Of a stretch of DNA of 64,000 bases, positions 50,141 to 64,000 are shown in pieces (positions within the stretch are counted from its first letter, which is position 1; every line of letters starts with the position of its first letter). This stretch comes from Sphagnum compactum (taxonomy: Eukaryota): the NCBI GenBank assembly GCA_965153455.1, contig OZ234493.1:2480001-2544000 (forward strand), given 5' to 3'. The notes beneath the pieces were generated by a model that saw only the letters and a list, made by a program, of their open reading frames with translations, was not told the origin of the DNA and did not search any database. The translations under genes and the position numbers were made by a program.

Positions 50141-52675
50141 CATCCTTGTACTTACTTCATTCCTTTATTAATAACTTTTTGTTATCTTTATAATTATTTC
50201 ACCCTTTCCTCACACATCAACATGGATATGAAAAGGCAAATTAACATGTGCCTTTTCATCTCCATGATATTTTATATTAAATGAAATTAAATTTGGCATT
50301 GATTAAATAATGATGAATGATTAACAATCATATGGGAACATAATAAGAAGGAAATTGTCACTGGTAGTGCATAACAACATGAAGCTCGCATTATTATTTA
50401 AAAAAGATTGTTAACCCAAATTTGAAACTAATCAAATCTTTTCAAAATTCATAAGAATAATATTATTTGTGAAATCTCACTTCCATAAAAAAATTCAAAT
50501 GTTGCAAAACAATGTTTACATTTTCAATTTTTGGAGACGTTAATGTGTTTTCACTTGGATTAGTATGTATGAGTCTTGAAGTAGTGTAAGATGGATCTTT
50601 ATAAGATGTTATGCATGATTGGGATTTAAGTTGAATGTAAGCAATCTTTAACCATTATTTAATGGTCTTCAACCTTTGAATTAAGTTATAAATTTTTAAA
50701 TATTGAAATCAATCAGAAAATGAGTATTGAACCCTTGGACTTGCAATGCACAATATCATGCTCACTATTATTTAATTAAACAACATTTTTGAAACTAGTA
50801 TAGTGAACAACAATTATTTACATAAATTTGCGTTTGGACTTCCAGGTGAAAGCACACTACGAATGACTCAAAATTGTTGTTAGAAATTGATTTTTTTGCA
50901 ATTAAAGTTTTTAATAATGTATGGACACCAGATCTTGGATTTTTTTGGTTTGTTTTAAACATATTTGATTAATTTTAAACTTAAGCTAATCAATTATAAA
51001 AAAAAATTGAAAAATTGAACATATGAAATATATTTTCAATAGAATAACACTTGTCACAAAGTATGACAATATATATATATATACTTCAAAACTAGGGTTG
51101 TGGGTGGATTTTTTGGGTGACTTTTGTTGTGGTGAATAACGTTGATATACATCAAATGAATCTAGGACTATTTAGGAGGTTAAAAATTTTGGTTGAATTT
51201 TTTTTTAAATGTGTTTTTTTACACTTGTTAAATAACAAAAGCATAATAATCTTTTTAAACAAAAAACCATTATCACATGGAAAAGAAGGAAGTTTTATAA
51301 GTGAATATTGCATTATTTAATTATTTTTTTTTGTGTAAGTATGTTTCATGAATCACAAACATGAGATCCTATGGCCGTTGAAAAATTTAAGAAAAAAATG
51401 TATATAGTGTACATTGATTTTATTCAATTTTTTTCATCTAACAATTGGATCAAAATGAACTTTAACTCAAAATGAATTTTGGGTTTCAAAATGTTGTTAT
51501 GCACATTCTAAAACTTTTTGTTTATGATTAAGATTGTCAAATAATGTCATCAAAATTTTGACTTCTTGCATAATATGATATTTGTTGTACATCACCTTTT
51601 TGAACAAAGGTGGACCATCCATAATGTGCTTTCATCCTTGGTTTGTGATGTTTTGGTTAAATCCCTTAGTCCTCTAAGTCTTTAAATCCTAAATTCTAAA
51701 ATATAGATATATCAAGTCTTAAGATGTGAGGGTCAATGTCCCCAAACAAGTAATCTTGATCAGTTTGCAATACCTTTTTTAATATATACATGTCCTAAGG
51801 TTTGATTGTAAGACACATTTTCATCATTGTTAAAAAGATTTCCGAAAATAATATAATTAATTGTGGAATCTACCAAGGTAGTAAGGTGGTTCAAAGTCCA
51901 AACCTTGGGGGGGGGGCAGATGTGACCCATTCTGTACTAGAATTGGCTCAGTCCAATTCTATCATTAAGCTCGTCACCAGGGCTTAGTTTAATTCTGTTA
52001 AATATAAGATGAACTGAACTTTGCAACTGTTTCTGCCAGCAGAATTGCGCAACATAGCAAGGACCTCAAATCACGTGACCAATTTTGCAAATAGAAGTTC
52101 TGGCCCAGTCTAATTCTGCCAAATAAAATGACCTGAATTTGTGCAAAATAGGTATCATGATAAGAATTCTTGGCCACAATTTAACTGTATACCAGTATTG
52201 CAGCAGCCATATGACAATGCTTTTTCCCAGAGGATGGCAACCGAGGAGGAAAAAACTCACATGAATGCTTAATCATTGATTCTTTTGCATACAAATTACA
52301 ATTACCTATGCAGGATTTGTGCTGCTCCAAATGAATGATTCAACTTTGTACTTGTGAAAATTCTTGTGAAATTCAAGTTATTGATTGATCGATCATTTGG
52401 ACCAAGCTAAAGTAGCGAGCGGTAGGCCCGACGAACCAAAAGCCGTTGGTGTTGAGACAACCTCGGGAAAGAATGCGTACATGAGCCTTCGGGAAAATGT
52501 TTCGTTCGGAGATGGGAGCATTCTAGGCACACAAGCCGGCATGTTAACACGCGTCGTTTGACCCCCAATTGTGGCTTCCAAGTACTTGGAGCCTCGACGT
52601 AGCTGTATGTGTTCATCGCCCTTTTCGCCAATCACCACAGCGATGATGGTACCGTCTGCATGCAATATCATAGTC

Positions 52676-55600
52676 TCATAAATTACCAACTGCAATGTTT
52701 AAAAGACAGATAGCACCAGAAGTAAGTTATTATGCATTCCATTAAGTTATCATGATGCCGAGTGTCAAATGCAATATATGAGAATCATGTTTAAATTGTG
52801 ATCAGTCTGCTGGGCCGGCGGCTCCAAAAGCAATATAGACAAATGATTGGGTATGATTACTTATTGTTCAAACCTCGCAAACAAGTAGCTCACAAGATTG
52901 ACCAGCAGACAATTCCATTAGCTCGTGAAGAAGTTGATGGAACAGACATGCATGTTTAAGTTACTTGGACTGATACTTGGAAAATCTACAACCGTGAACG
53001 GAGGAGAAACCAGGAGGAAAGATGAAAGCTTATTCAGGTCCGCTTCAACACATAACAGTTACCTGTGTCTCCATACACTACGTCGGATTTCGATTTCCAC
53101 CCTCTCATAAAGTACATTACAACAGGTTTCAAATACGTGATGAAGGGAGCATCCGGCACTGGAATGAGCTTGATCATCATTGCTAATGGCATGCTGCACC
53201 CAAGTTATATATACCACGAATGCCTGTGGTCAACAATCAGTAAATTTCCATGACTTTGCAATCACCATGGTGTAAATCTAGAAGTAGTATGGTGGGTAGT
53301 AGGCGAACCTGAAGAAACCCAGGAAAATGGATACAAGCCACATCTTCCAATCTAACCCTACTGTGGAAGCAAAGTCCCCTGCAAATTCCACGATGAGTGC
53401 CTGCAACCCATGGCGTACAGTCACTACATTTCTTCAAAATATTATCTTGGTTCATCTAGAACCAATCAGTGTTTTATTAAGGAATTCTTGTCTGTAGCCA
53501 AAGTGGCTATCGAATACAGGAAGATGTAAAAGAAGTGAGGGTTATCCCAGGGAAATCAAATAAAAATCTTCAATCATCCTTCTATATCTTTTGCTACACA
53601 ATGAGAACCAAATATATGAATGTGGCGGTTTTCCTTTTTTTCTCCTCGCTTTTGGCAACTAAAAACCTCCAAAATGACTTCTTTTCGGAATTTTTAATTT
53701 TTAATTTTCTCTTTTCGGCGAAAGTTCGCCAGTGTAAAAAAAGGCTGGAACCAATGTCTGGTTGCAAGCACCGGTCAGATAATCATATTTACGAAACTTG
53801 GTTACAGGGCTTAAATCTCATTTTAGCAGATCAGGAGTGGGGAGTATATCTGGACAACGATACGAAAGATAACTCTTGCAAAATTCAATTTTAAAGATAT
53901 CATCATTGATGTTACGTTGATCAAATATTAATTAGTCGGGGGTTCCTTTCAATTACAATTGTTTTTATGCCAATCAAAAAAAGACTCTGAAACTTTTAAG
54001 ACTCCCCAATGTAGAAATGTTTTCTTCAAATATAGAAACAGATAAGTCTAAATATTGGCTCACGTATATAGGTTCAAAGAGGACAACACTGGGCAAAGCA
54101 TATAAGAGAAAGTGAGTCGCCATTAAGAACATGTTGGTGATCATGTTGGGAACCCAATAGGAACTAGATGGAAACACAGTGAAAACTTGATGGGAACACA
54201 TTGAGAACAAAAAAATCTCAAAAATTCACAATGCCCGACCCTCCTCTCTTGAAAAGAAACTAGTTGTGTTTGCCCCATACATGCTTTTTAGAACTTAAAA
54301 TTATACATGCATGTCTACTATCTTAGGGCAATAATAAATTTTTATAACATAAAACTGCAATAACAATACAAAAAAAAAATCAATTAAAATTAATTTTATT
54401 ATGATTTTTGTTATTAAATCTTCATCAAAACCTTATTGAAGTTTTTAATATAACATCAAATTAATTTAAAAAATTATATCTCAAAACGAATTTTATATTA
54501 TAACTGTAATTTATTTTAAAATTGACATGCTTTTATTTTAATCAATTTTTGTATAATCTTTCAAATAAAAAATTTAAAAATCTCATTTTAATAAGATTTA
54601 GAAGAATTGAAGCTAATTATTTGTATGTTTATCAAAAAAAATTCATTTTAAAAACTAGTCATAGGAATTGTTTTTCATATTTCATAGTGATATGAAACCT
54701 CGTGATACAACAAGGCAAGTGACAACCCCAAAAAAAAATGATATAAAGGCATAATTAAATCAATTACCCCATATTTTGAGAAGTTCTAAACCCAACAAGT
54801 AGATGAGTAGAGTTCAAAACAACCCATCAATCGGATGGGTGCACCCAAAATCTACACATGCGCATCCATTAGCTTGGGGCAATAAGAAAACTAGGTCTAT
54901 TGGGTGCATGCTGCAATTCCTAATTGGCTGCACAAAATTTATATTCCCAATTGTGTTGATCACCTATAAATTGTATTCCTCAAATTGGCTGTCACTATTT
55001 TTGGCCTGGACTAATAGCCCTTCCTAAAAACGCCCTAGCTATTAATTCTTGTCTACTAAAACCTCAACTTGTGGTGGCCCTCTTTGACAAACCGAAGGAT
55101 AAGCCCAGTGAAGGGAATAGTAGCTGCTATATAAAGGCAAATTAATACCTATCGATTAGGAATTTCTATTTGTTGCTGTGTGGAAAGTGTGTGCACTTTT
55201 GCTGGGTGGATATAGACTGCAAACGTCTCATACATAACATGTAGATTTCCAATCTATGCTATATCTTGTCAGTTAGTTACTGGGACAGGGACAAAAAATT
55301 TCATCTTGTATTGGAGAATCAGGATTTGTATATCATTGGGCAATGCTGTGCTAGGGAGGTAAGACTTCTAACCTGTACAACAACAGTGAAGGTAATGACA
55401 GCAAGAAAGAGAGAATTGCCGAGCAAGCCCGTCAAGACATTCAGATCATCAGGCTTCCTTGAATTTATTTCATTGAAGACCTGCTCTAATGTCATGTGCC
55501 AATGGCTGGGATAAGTCTTTGCGGTTGCAATAATCCTCAAATAAAAATTTTACACAACTCCAGAATTGGTTAGGAGCACATCTGAATATGATATTTCAAG

Positions 55601-58600
55601 CATGCACAAGCTCACTATCAAAGATTATGTCAAGTGGTGAAAAGGACCTGGCAGAAGACAAAAACATTGAAAATAACAGTACCGAGCGTCAAATCGCGAT
55701 TGGTTGTCACTCCATCTGCTGTCAACTATGACATGATCATGCCCCTTTTCTCAGTACAAAAACCTTTGGAATCAAGTGAAATATTTCCCATCTTAAATAC
55801 CCGGTCATTTCACAAACCGAAATTTTCCATGAATTACATGTGTGGATCTCTACATGCCATGTGTATAGACGTACACAGAAACGTACCGTTGTATCATGAA
55901 GGCCAAGAATAACGAAGCCTTTGAAATGCAGCACAAGCAACAGAGCCAATTGGTAACAAGCCTGCAGGCAACATTAATCATTCTTCTCATTTTGCAACAG
56001 GGGGCATTCTTCTGTGTCCAATTAGAGAATGTAAATCATTTTCGTAGAAAAATTTCCCCTTGTGACTTACACTTAAAAAAGGGAAGTGTGCTGGGAATGT
56101 CAGGGAATTGGTGGTTTCTGGTCAGAGAACAAGGTTTGACACAGGCCTTCGCCAACAAGAAAGGTTTCCCTCATAGCTAATAACATATTTCTTGAGCTGG
56201 ATAGCCTACATAAATGCAATGGAAGGATATATATTGAAAAATTGACCGCATATTGTGGGGTTTTCTACATGGAGAATAGTGGGAACTTGAAAGCAAGCAA
56301 GAATAATGAATTATTTGAGCCGGGCTTCTTGCTTATGATGGATGTTCACATCGACTTATTCAATCTTCTCTGATGAACTTATAAAGAAGGGAAGGGCCTG
56401 GCATTCGCCATCAATATTGGCATTACGACAAGAACCTCAAGCTATAGTGGAGCATATGCATAAACCAAAAACGCACCTGACCAGCAATGTTGCGCCACAT
56501 AACGTTTGTAATCAACGGCTCCCTATAGACGACCCGCCATGACACGATACCCAAACTCAATCAAGAAATAGTTCCTTTAACCAGCAGCGTTTCAGGATTC
56601 TTCAAGTTACATTGTCACCGCCTAGCAATTAATCGCCTTAATTCACCCTACCCGAGATGTCAAATCGTTTGGACGAACACAACTCTTGATCATGATTTGG
56701 AACTAAAGGACTTTCTTGTCGATAATTAGTTTTGAGACTTAGGGACCTTACTTTCCTCCAATGGGTGGTCTTTGCATGAGAGATTCTGTGGGTGCTTCTG
56801 TGGCCAATGCAAGAGCGCCCATTGTATCCATTATTAGATTGACCCAGAGCAACTGTATCATCAGACATCCAATCAGGCCTTCCCAGATAGTGAGTAATCG
56901 AACGATGGAGGCGACAATTGTGTCAAGGCAAGCAACCATTGCCCTGGAACCCGACTAAGTGTAAACCAGATGCATAAGAAACTTACAGTGCCTAATGCCT
57001 AGGCAATTTTGTCGGTGAGAATGGGATTGAACAGACCTGAACAGCTGTTAGAGGAGCATAACCGCTGGAAACAGCAGTAATGAAGTTGAGACTAAGTGCC
57101 ACTGCATTCACTGTTGTTTGAAATTGTATAAATTTTTGGATGTTACAGTACACAGCTCTTCCCCACCTTACGACCTGCAACAGACCAAGTGATAACTACA
57201 TTTTGTATGATGCAGGGTAATTCAATGCTGCAAAAGTTTGATATAGCTTCTATGAATGAGGTTTCTCAGAGCTCTAAATGTCGAATACAATCTGACTGCG
57301 TTCAAGCTGGGGTGGTTAATCCTGCATAAAATATAAGAAAAAAAAATTGTTTCCTAAACTCTGGCGTCCCATATCCTACGTACCTTGACAATAGAGGAAA
57401 AGTTGTCATCCAATATTATAATATCTGAGCTTTCCTTTGCCACCTCAGTGCCCGCAATTCCCATTGCCAGTCCAATTGAAGCCTATGTTTGACACATATA
57501 CACTCACGCATGTCAAACAATTTGAGCACATTAGAAATTGAGAGGGTCTCTAGAGCAATATGTCTTTTCCATGGGGCACATACACGTACTTCATGGAGAG
57601 CTGGGGCATCATTGGTTCCATCACCTGTTACACCCACAATCTCACCCATCTCCAACAGTCGCTTCACGAGTGTGTGCTTATCCATTGGAGAAGAGCGTGC
57701 CATCACCTATACCACAACTTTAAGAGAACTTTCATGGACACTCCATTGTACTGTATCCTTTGATAATTAGCAGATGATAGGCGCCTCACAACTCTTTTAA
57801 CATCAGCATCAACATTACAAAAAGGCCTGTATTCTCTACTCGATTTGCACTATCGTGTGCAATACACATGGGCAAGAGAGTGTGACGCTCAAAAGAGGAG
57901 TGCAGAGGTGAAGTTGTACATCAATCGAGGGGATGACTTTGTATTGTTGCACGACAGTCATAGCCCGAAATTCTTTCCCTTCGATAGCACTTCCACCTTC
58001 AGTCAGTATGCCACATTCCGCTGCAATAGCTTTTGCAGTTTGTATGTTGTCTCCGGTCACCATCCGCACCTGCACAGGGATAACTTTGGACCACACAAAC
58101 TTTGAGCACGCATACACATGTTGACATTACCATCTGCATGGTGCTGATTTCCTTTCACTTAGGCTGGGACGGGTATATAAGACGTCTCTAATATATGTAG
58201 TAGCTCTTCACTTGCACAATGTAGTCCTAACTTAGCATACAGAAATTGACAGTGAGTGTGTATATACTTTAATGCCTGCTTGTTGACACCTTGCAACAGC
58301 CTCAGGCACGCCAGGCCGACAAGGATCTTTGATTCCTACTATGGCCACACAAATAAGATCTTTATCAGGCATTCCCGCAGCTTTAATATATTCAGGAGAC
58401 ATATCTGCAGCCTCGCTTGAAGAAAGTTCTCGATATGCAAAGCATAGTGTTCGTAGTGCAGCATTAGCAAAGCTGGATATTATCAATTGAAGTTCCTCAA
58501 CCTGTGCAGGCCTCACCATTCCGCCTCTATGAGTACTAGAACAACCTCCTAGTGTTACTGGTCATTGAGAAAATAATAATTACCTCAATTTATAAGTTGA

Positions 58601-61600
58601 ATTTTATCATTGAGGCGATGAGCCATTATGACAATCATCAACTTGAAAGTCCTTATTAAAAGTCTCTCTAAAGTTTTGCACGCAGATTCCTCTTGGTTAT
58701 CATCTGTGAGGAAAGATATTGGTTATAAATGCAGACTACTGTACATAGGAATTGTTTTTGTTGTGTACTACAGAATGGTCAAGTCCCTGCCAATTATGTT
58801 GGGTGCATTGCCTCGTGAGCACTAACATTATGAGTGGCTGGAACACAGCCAGCATAATGGGCAAGTGTGCTCGACCATTCCATGACATTAAGTGGTCGGG
58901 TGGCAGATTGAACAATTTCAATAAAAATTCATGTTCAACACAGATTTTGGTCATTGTTATGAGCATATGATCAACATGGGAAGATTATATCGTATAATGT
59001 GGTCAAGAAATTGACATAATCTGCCACCCCAGACCTTAATTATGTAGTCTTATGTATTCATGAAAACACCATAGACTTCACCCTGGCTCCATGTCTGCCC
59101 GGCAACGTATTTAGCTGCCATGCTGTGTAGTTGGGAAGAGTGATTATGTACCCTTTCTGGGGTGAGATCAGAGAAGGAGCCATCAGGTTGAAGTATTCGA
59201 GTGCAAGCATTCAAGATTATTTCCGCTGCACCTTTCCAATGCACAACTGTTTTGCCATCTGGAGTCTGTGCATCACTTCCCCCAAAATCCTATTTTAATC
59301 ACTACAAGAGTGTGAAGGGCAGCCAAACTAATCACCTACTGCTACAAAATTTGTTAACGTCATACGTTCCTACCCAACCGTAATTCCAGTTGAATTTAAG
59401 TTGAGATTGAAGTAGAAAAAGTTATCAGTTTGAATGGTCCAGCCCTAAGTTTGTACTTGCTTCCTTACAATGTTCACAAGAACTAATTTTGTCATTCCCT
59501 GTAGGGAAAAATCTGAAAGATAAGATGATTGAACAAAGCACTGGGAAACCTGGGAGGTATCGTGAGACCTACCATTGTGTCTTCTGAGGGTTAGGATGGA
59601 GAGGGTACTTAGGTGTATACTCCTTAAGGGTGGAAAGGATATTATGGACAGGCTAAGCAGGTGTAAGATCCTCTCAAACTTAAGTATTTGAGGAGCAGGT
59701 GACAGTAAGGTCCCACCTCTAAATAACTAGGGAATTTCTCCTAGTGTTTTATGTAAATGATAATGGCAGCCCTAGAGGTTCTTCCATGTTTTGAGGTCCC
59801 ATCATGAGGGTGGGAACCTGATTGCTGGGACCTAAAAGCATGGAAGACCCAAGAGGGCTGCCATTATGTGGTAATAAAGAGTGGGCAATTCTTTCATTCA
59901 TATGAACAGATTGGAAAGAAAACCTGGCAATGAAAAAATCAGACACAAACTTAAACATAGTAATAATTCTTGGACACTTTGGAACATCTATGCCTGGCAA
60001 ATATTCTACTTGACAAGGGACCTCCAAATAAAAAGGAAATTCAAAATTACCCATTATTTATGGTTATGAAGACCTAAGTTCTATGGGTGACGATTATTCT
60101 TACAACTACTCCTTAAGATAGGGGGAGCTATCATGTATTTGGAAGGCACGTGTCAATATCCCTCCTAAAAAAGAGGAAGGATCTTGCACCTACTCCTTAA
60201 GATTGGGAGGGATCTTATTCCTAGAAGGAGTAGGACTGAAGGAATTTAGGTTTCACATTTAGCTTCTCTTTTCTAGGAGGGATACACGAGGGATATTCAC
60301 ATATATAAGGTGCCTTCGAAATACACTAGAAAATTCCTGGGAATGCTTTACTAACACAGCAAATTACAAAACACTTATAATCCTTGAAACGTGGCGGTAC
60401 AATCCAGAAAACGAACTCTGAAACAAATGGCCATTCTTTTCTTAGTTGAATTGAACGTCTCCACGCCAATGATGGTTACAGCTTTTCTGACTTCATCGAA
60501 CTTCGCACCCAGCTGCACATAAACACTAGCACGAAAGATATCAATCAGTATACAACGTATCATCGACGCCATTACATTTGTGAACAAAAAACTTCAGTCA
60601 AGAAGAGGATTACATAAAAAGCTCAACCATGAAAATCAGTAGCAAACAAGGGCAATTCATGAGCTCTGAGCGTGCAAGCGGGTTGCAATCAGAGTACCTT
60701 GACACCCCAACCAAGGACAGCCTGTTCTGTTGGGCTCCCTGTAACCTCTGGCGCGCCGTGCTACAATATGTAGACCATCCCCAAAAATAAATTTTACCAG
60801 AGAGAGATGTGTAATTGATATGGGCATGAATTCTGAACCGACTAGACATAAGCTAGAATACCCAGGTGATAAATTTCAATATACGAAGCTTGGAATATTT
60901 GAAGTCTCAGAAAGAAAAGGAAAGAGTTCATCATGACTTCGACCATATCCACTGAAATCTTGAAATCATATTAATTGAGACAATGCGCCTGTATTCAGGT
61001 AGTTCAACATGGACGAGATGATCTGTTTGAGTTCGAAGTACAACGCGCCAAGACTAGACTTGTACGGTAAACATTTAAAATATGACAATATACACCTGCA
61101 GGTTACTACTCATGAGTCACTTCACGCCGTGGGCCCACAGGACTTTGATGTACCTTAGGGAAGTGAACATTCCCATTACTATTGAGGCAGATACTTTGAT
61201 AGAGTGTCTGCAAGCAGACACAAAATTTAGTCGTTAATGTAGTGCACGAACTTGCAACGCTGATTAAAGGTAGGAACAAAAAAAAGTAGCGTACAATTCA
61301 GTGGATGCATGATGCTAGAAGAGGACGTAGATTGTGAGATTCATACTTGAATGACAGGTGCAGTGAGATCCTCATCAAAATCAAGTGTCTTCCTTAACCT
61401 TCCACAAGACCAATTGTTCACGACTGTCATCTGGAAGTACATGATGAAACAACGAATAAGGAATAAAAAAAGCAGAATAGAATTTCTTTACGGTTGGTAA
61501 AGAAATGATTCACTGAGGCATACAACAGCAAGCGAGGTTTAGGGTTTATGGCATGCAGAGTTTTAGGACAACTTTATGGTTACATGATTCATATACAATC

Positions 61601-63797
61601 CAAGGAAGATGGAGGCGCACCATGTTCATGGTGAGGGTGCCTGTTTTATCACTACAAATTGTTGTAGCGGAGCCCATTGTTTCGCATGCTGATAAGTGTC
61701 TAACCTGCATCAATTTACGACACTCAGAGCACTTCGTTCACAAATATTACAATTTCAAGAAAACTACTAAATGGTGATTCTTGCACTTTGCAATTTTCAA
61801 CACGTTGTAGCTTACCAGTGCACGATCATCCATCATCTTTGCCATTGAGTACGCCAACCTGTGCAAAGCCACGTGGTGCATTCCTTCAATGCCAATTGCT
61901 ACCGAAAGTCTGCACCGTTATAAGTTGTTTCAAGAAGCTTAGAAAGCTTACGTTAAGGTAACAGCAAGTGGCAAACCCTCTGGAACGGCTACCACCACGA
62001 TGGTAACCTGCAATCAGTACTCCGCTATTCATATCAACTAAATGAGTGGCTTCCAGAGATTGAACAACAATTTTACCCAAAGACAAAGAGTGAGCGCAAG
62101 GCTGTAGTCCTATCTTGAACCAAAAAGTTGTACATAAACTCCAATCTACACTGGTCTTTGTTCATATAGTAACGAAGAAACGGATGTAAAGAAGGTGCAC
62201 TTATGGTCGCAAGGAGATATGTAGAGAATCCAGATAGAGAATCCAAATACTTAGTGTGAATATCATGTATTTGTATGTGGGAAGAGGATGAAAATGGTCT
62301 CACAGCAATAGCAAAATAGTCAACGAGAGTCTTCCCATCAGCTCCAGTAAAGTGTTTAAAATCAACTTGTGCCAGAAATCTACAACCACATTTGTACCCA
62401 AAGACAAAGAATAAACACAATGCCTGTGGTCCTAACTTGAACCAAAAAGTTGTACATAAATTCCATCTCTCACAACATAAGTATCAAATTCAGTCGTGGA
62501 GAGAGGAGTATTCCTGTGAAATGTTCAAAAAATCAATTGAGAATATTGGAAGGACTTTCAAGAACTTAGACTGGGCCCCGGGGTAGTGACTTCAAATTTC
62601 AATCACAAAATTTTGGCAAGATTCCAGCCGTATTGTGCTTTGTGAGCAGTGAAAAAAGCAGTTTTCATGCGTAGAATTCTTTCGACTATGATCACAGGAG
62701 ACAGGAGGAAACCAAAGGACAAAAGAGAATGTTGGGCAATTAAAATTTCCAATTGCTAAAAACAGACCATGCACCTGATGACAAGAATACAGAAGACAAG
62801 GACAGCAACAGCAAGGCCGATTTGGCCAATTGTTGTCGCCAGGGAATTGAGGCGCTCTTGCAACGGTGTCTCCTCGTCATTTTCCTCACTGATATTTGCC
62901 ATCAATCTTCCCCACTCGGTCCTCATGCCTACTGCCGTTACCTGCAGTTGTTCCTTATTCAAAATCACATCAAGCACTTCCATTCCTCCATTCCACTTTT
63001 CTTAGAACTACTCTATTTTCACGAGCTCGGGAAAAAAAGGAAGGAATCATTTCGTTCTCCATCCTGCTCCACCCTTAAAAAATTCTCGTCATTCCTACTC
63101 CTACTTGCATGGCTTAGAAAATTATAAAAACTCGGTAGGTCTTCCTCCTCTCAATTGATACATTGGTGTGGACTTATGCTGAGAGTCTGAGACATTTTCC
63201 TCAGATAGTTATAGATAGCTGACAGAGGACATGCTTGAGCAGACCGAAACTAATTACCATCATGTCACCGTATCCATCCATCACTTTGCACCCGGAGAGT
63301 AAAAACGGATGCTCTATTTCGTCCTTTTCCATCTGCACATCAAGGAGGCCACATATATCATCTTCCCTTAGTGTAAATTTGAGGCCTAGAACGTTGACAA
63401 CTCGACTGAAACTTTCTTGGTGTCTTCATCTTCGTTTGGAGAAACAACCATTGAGAAAAAGTCAAATTTTGTCCGCAAACGATCATCTAGCCCAAGTACG
63501 ACTGCCTCCAATTACGGTGTGATGTAAGATCTCAAGAGTCGTTCTTGGTAATACATACGTCTCATGACTCCTTTTCTTTATCTTGTAACATTATCCACAA
63601 TTCAAAGTAATACGTGCTTCCAATGTCTCATTTCGCTTGAAACCTTTCCAAATACGTGTTTATACTCAAGGTAATAAAATAGGGAAAGTAAAATTCAGAG
63701 AAGGAAGATTGGAACACACAGGTTCACTTTCTCCAGTCATGCTGGACTCGTCCACAAGCATCGAATGCCCTACTACAAGCAATCCATCTGCTGGGAT
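52676..63797 (-). CDS. ACA: P2B-type (autoinhibited, PMCA-like) Ca2+-transporting ATPase; 5' part lies outside the window
   Basis: More than 20 small exons: [61 protein letters not shown] (DKTGT 61650-61636), [78 protein letters not shown] and KLIPVP. The stop is inferred at 52676 (..GDTVGNL*), or at ~53034 if the last intron is not spliced. Confidence 0.93.
59662..60356. mobile_element. Possible solo-LTR-like insertion in a Ca2+-ATPase intron
   Basis: Begins TGTAAGATCC and ends ..TAACA, with internal direct repeats (ctactccttaagat) and TATATAA near 60302. The same TGTAAGATCC terminus occurs in reverse at 12623-12632. TSD is imperfect (CAGG/CAGC). Confidence 0.35.
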
Positions 63798-64000
63798 CTG
63801 CACACACAAAACCACAAGTATATGGGAACCGAAACAGGACACTAAAGAACAAGAAACTGGAGAAGAACGATTGATTCTATAAAGGAGAGAACACATTTTG
63901 CGTAGCTGTCTTGTGCAAATCAATTTTGGACTGAAAATAGAGAAATAGATTCATGGAGAACGTGCATGATTTCATGACCCACAAATTTAGTTGAACAGAC

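Noticed and set aside
52393-52695. 100-aa ORF as the last exon of the Ca2+-ATPase
   Set aside because: The preceding exon ends in phase 1, so splicing to 52689 reads VGNL* and stops at 52676. The long ORF is in another frame and has no recognisable motif.
54120-54210. TTGGGAAC-motif cluster (also ~2010-2215) as a regulatory element
   Set aside because: It looks like a dispersed degenerate repeat family, and neither boundaries nor function can be supported.

Overview
Eukaryotic land-plant genomic DNA with intron-rich genes and AT-rich, transposon-filled intergenic space. The repeat landscape suggests a bryophyte, possibly Sphagnum-like, but this is inference only. Five host genes can be spliced by eye: EB1 (+), a two-RRM Gly/Tyr-rich hnRNP/RBGD-like protein (-), a LORELEI-like GPI-anchored protein (+), proteasome beta1/PBA1 (-) and a P2B Ca2+-ATPase (-) whose 5' part lies outside the window. 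The main result is a decayed 11-kb Ty3/Gypsy-type element (18739-29778). Its polyprotein reads Gag(2xCCHC)-protease-C5 cytosine DNA methyltransferase (DNMT3-like, motifs I-X)-RT-RNase H-integrase-PHD finger. It is bounded by TGTCATG...CATGACA inverted termini and a 4-bp AAGT target duplication, and I cannot recognise an LTR pair. It is interrupted by a non-autonomous CACTA element and sits inside a hAT fragment that is fused to a Copia 3' half. The window also holds a complete decayed hAT with TIRs and an 8-bp TSD, two CRE-like non-LTR fragments, a 25S rRNA pseudo-fragment, a ~450-bp foldback element and several tandem repeats. All alignments and translations were done by eye; no database searches were run.
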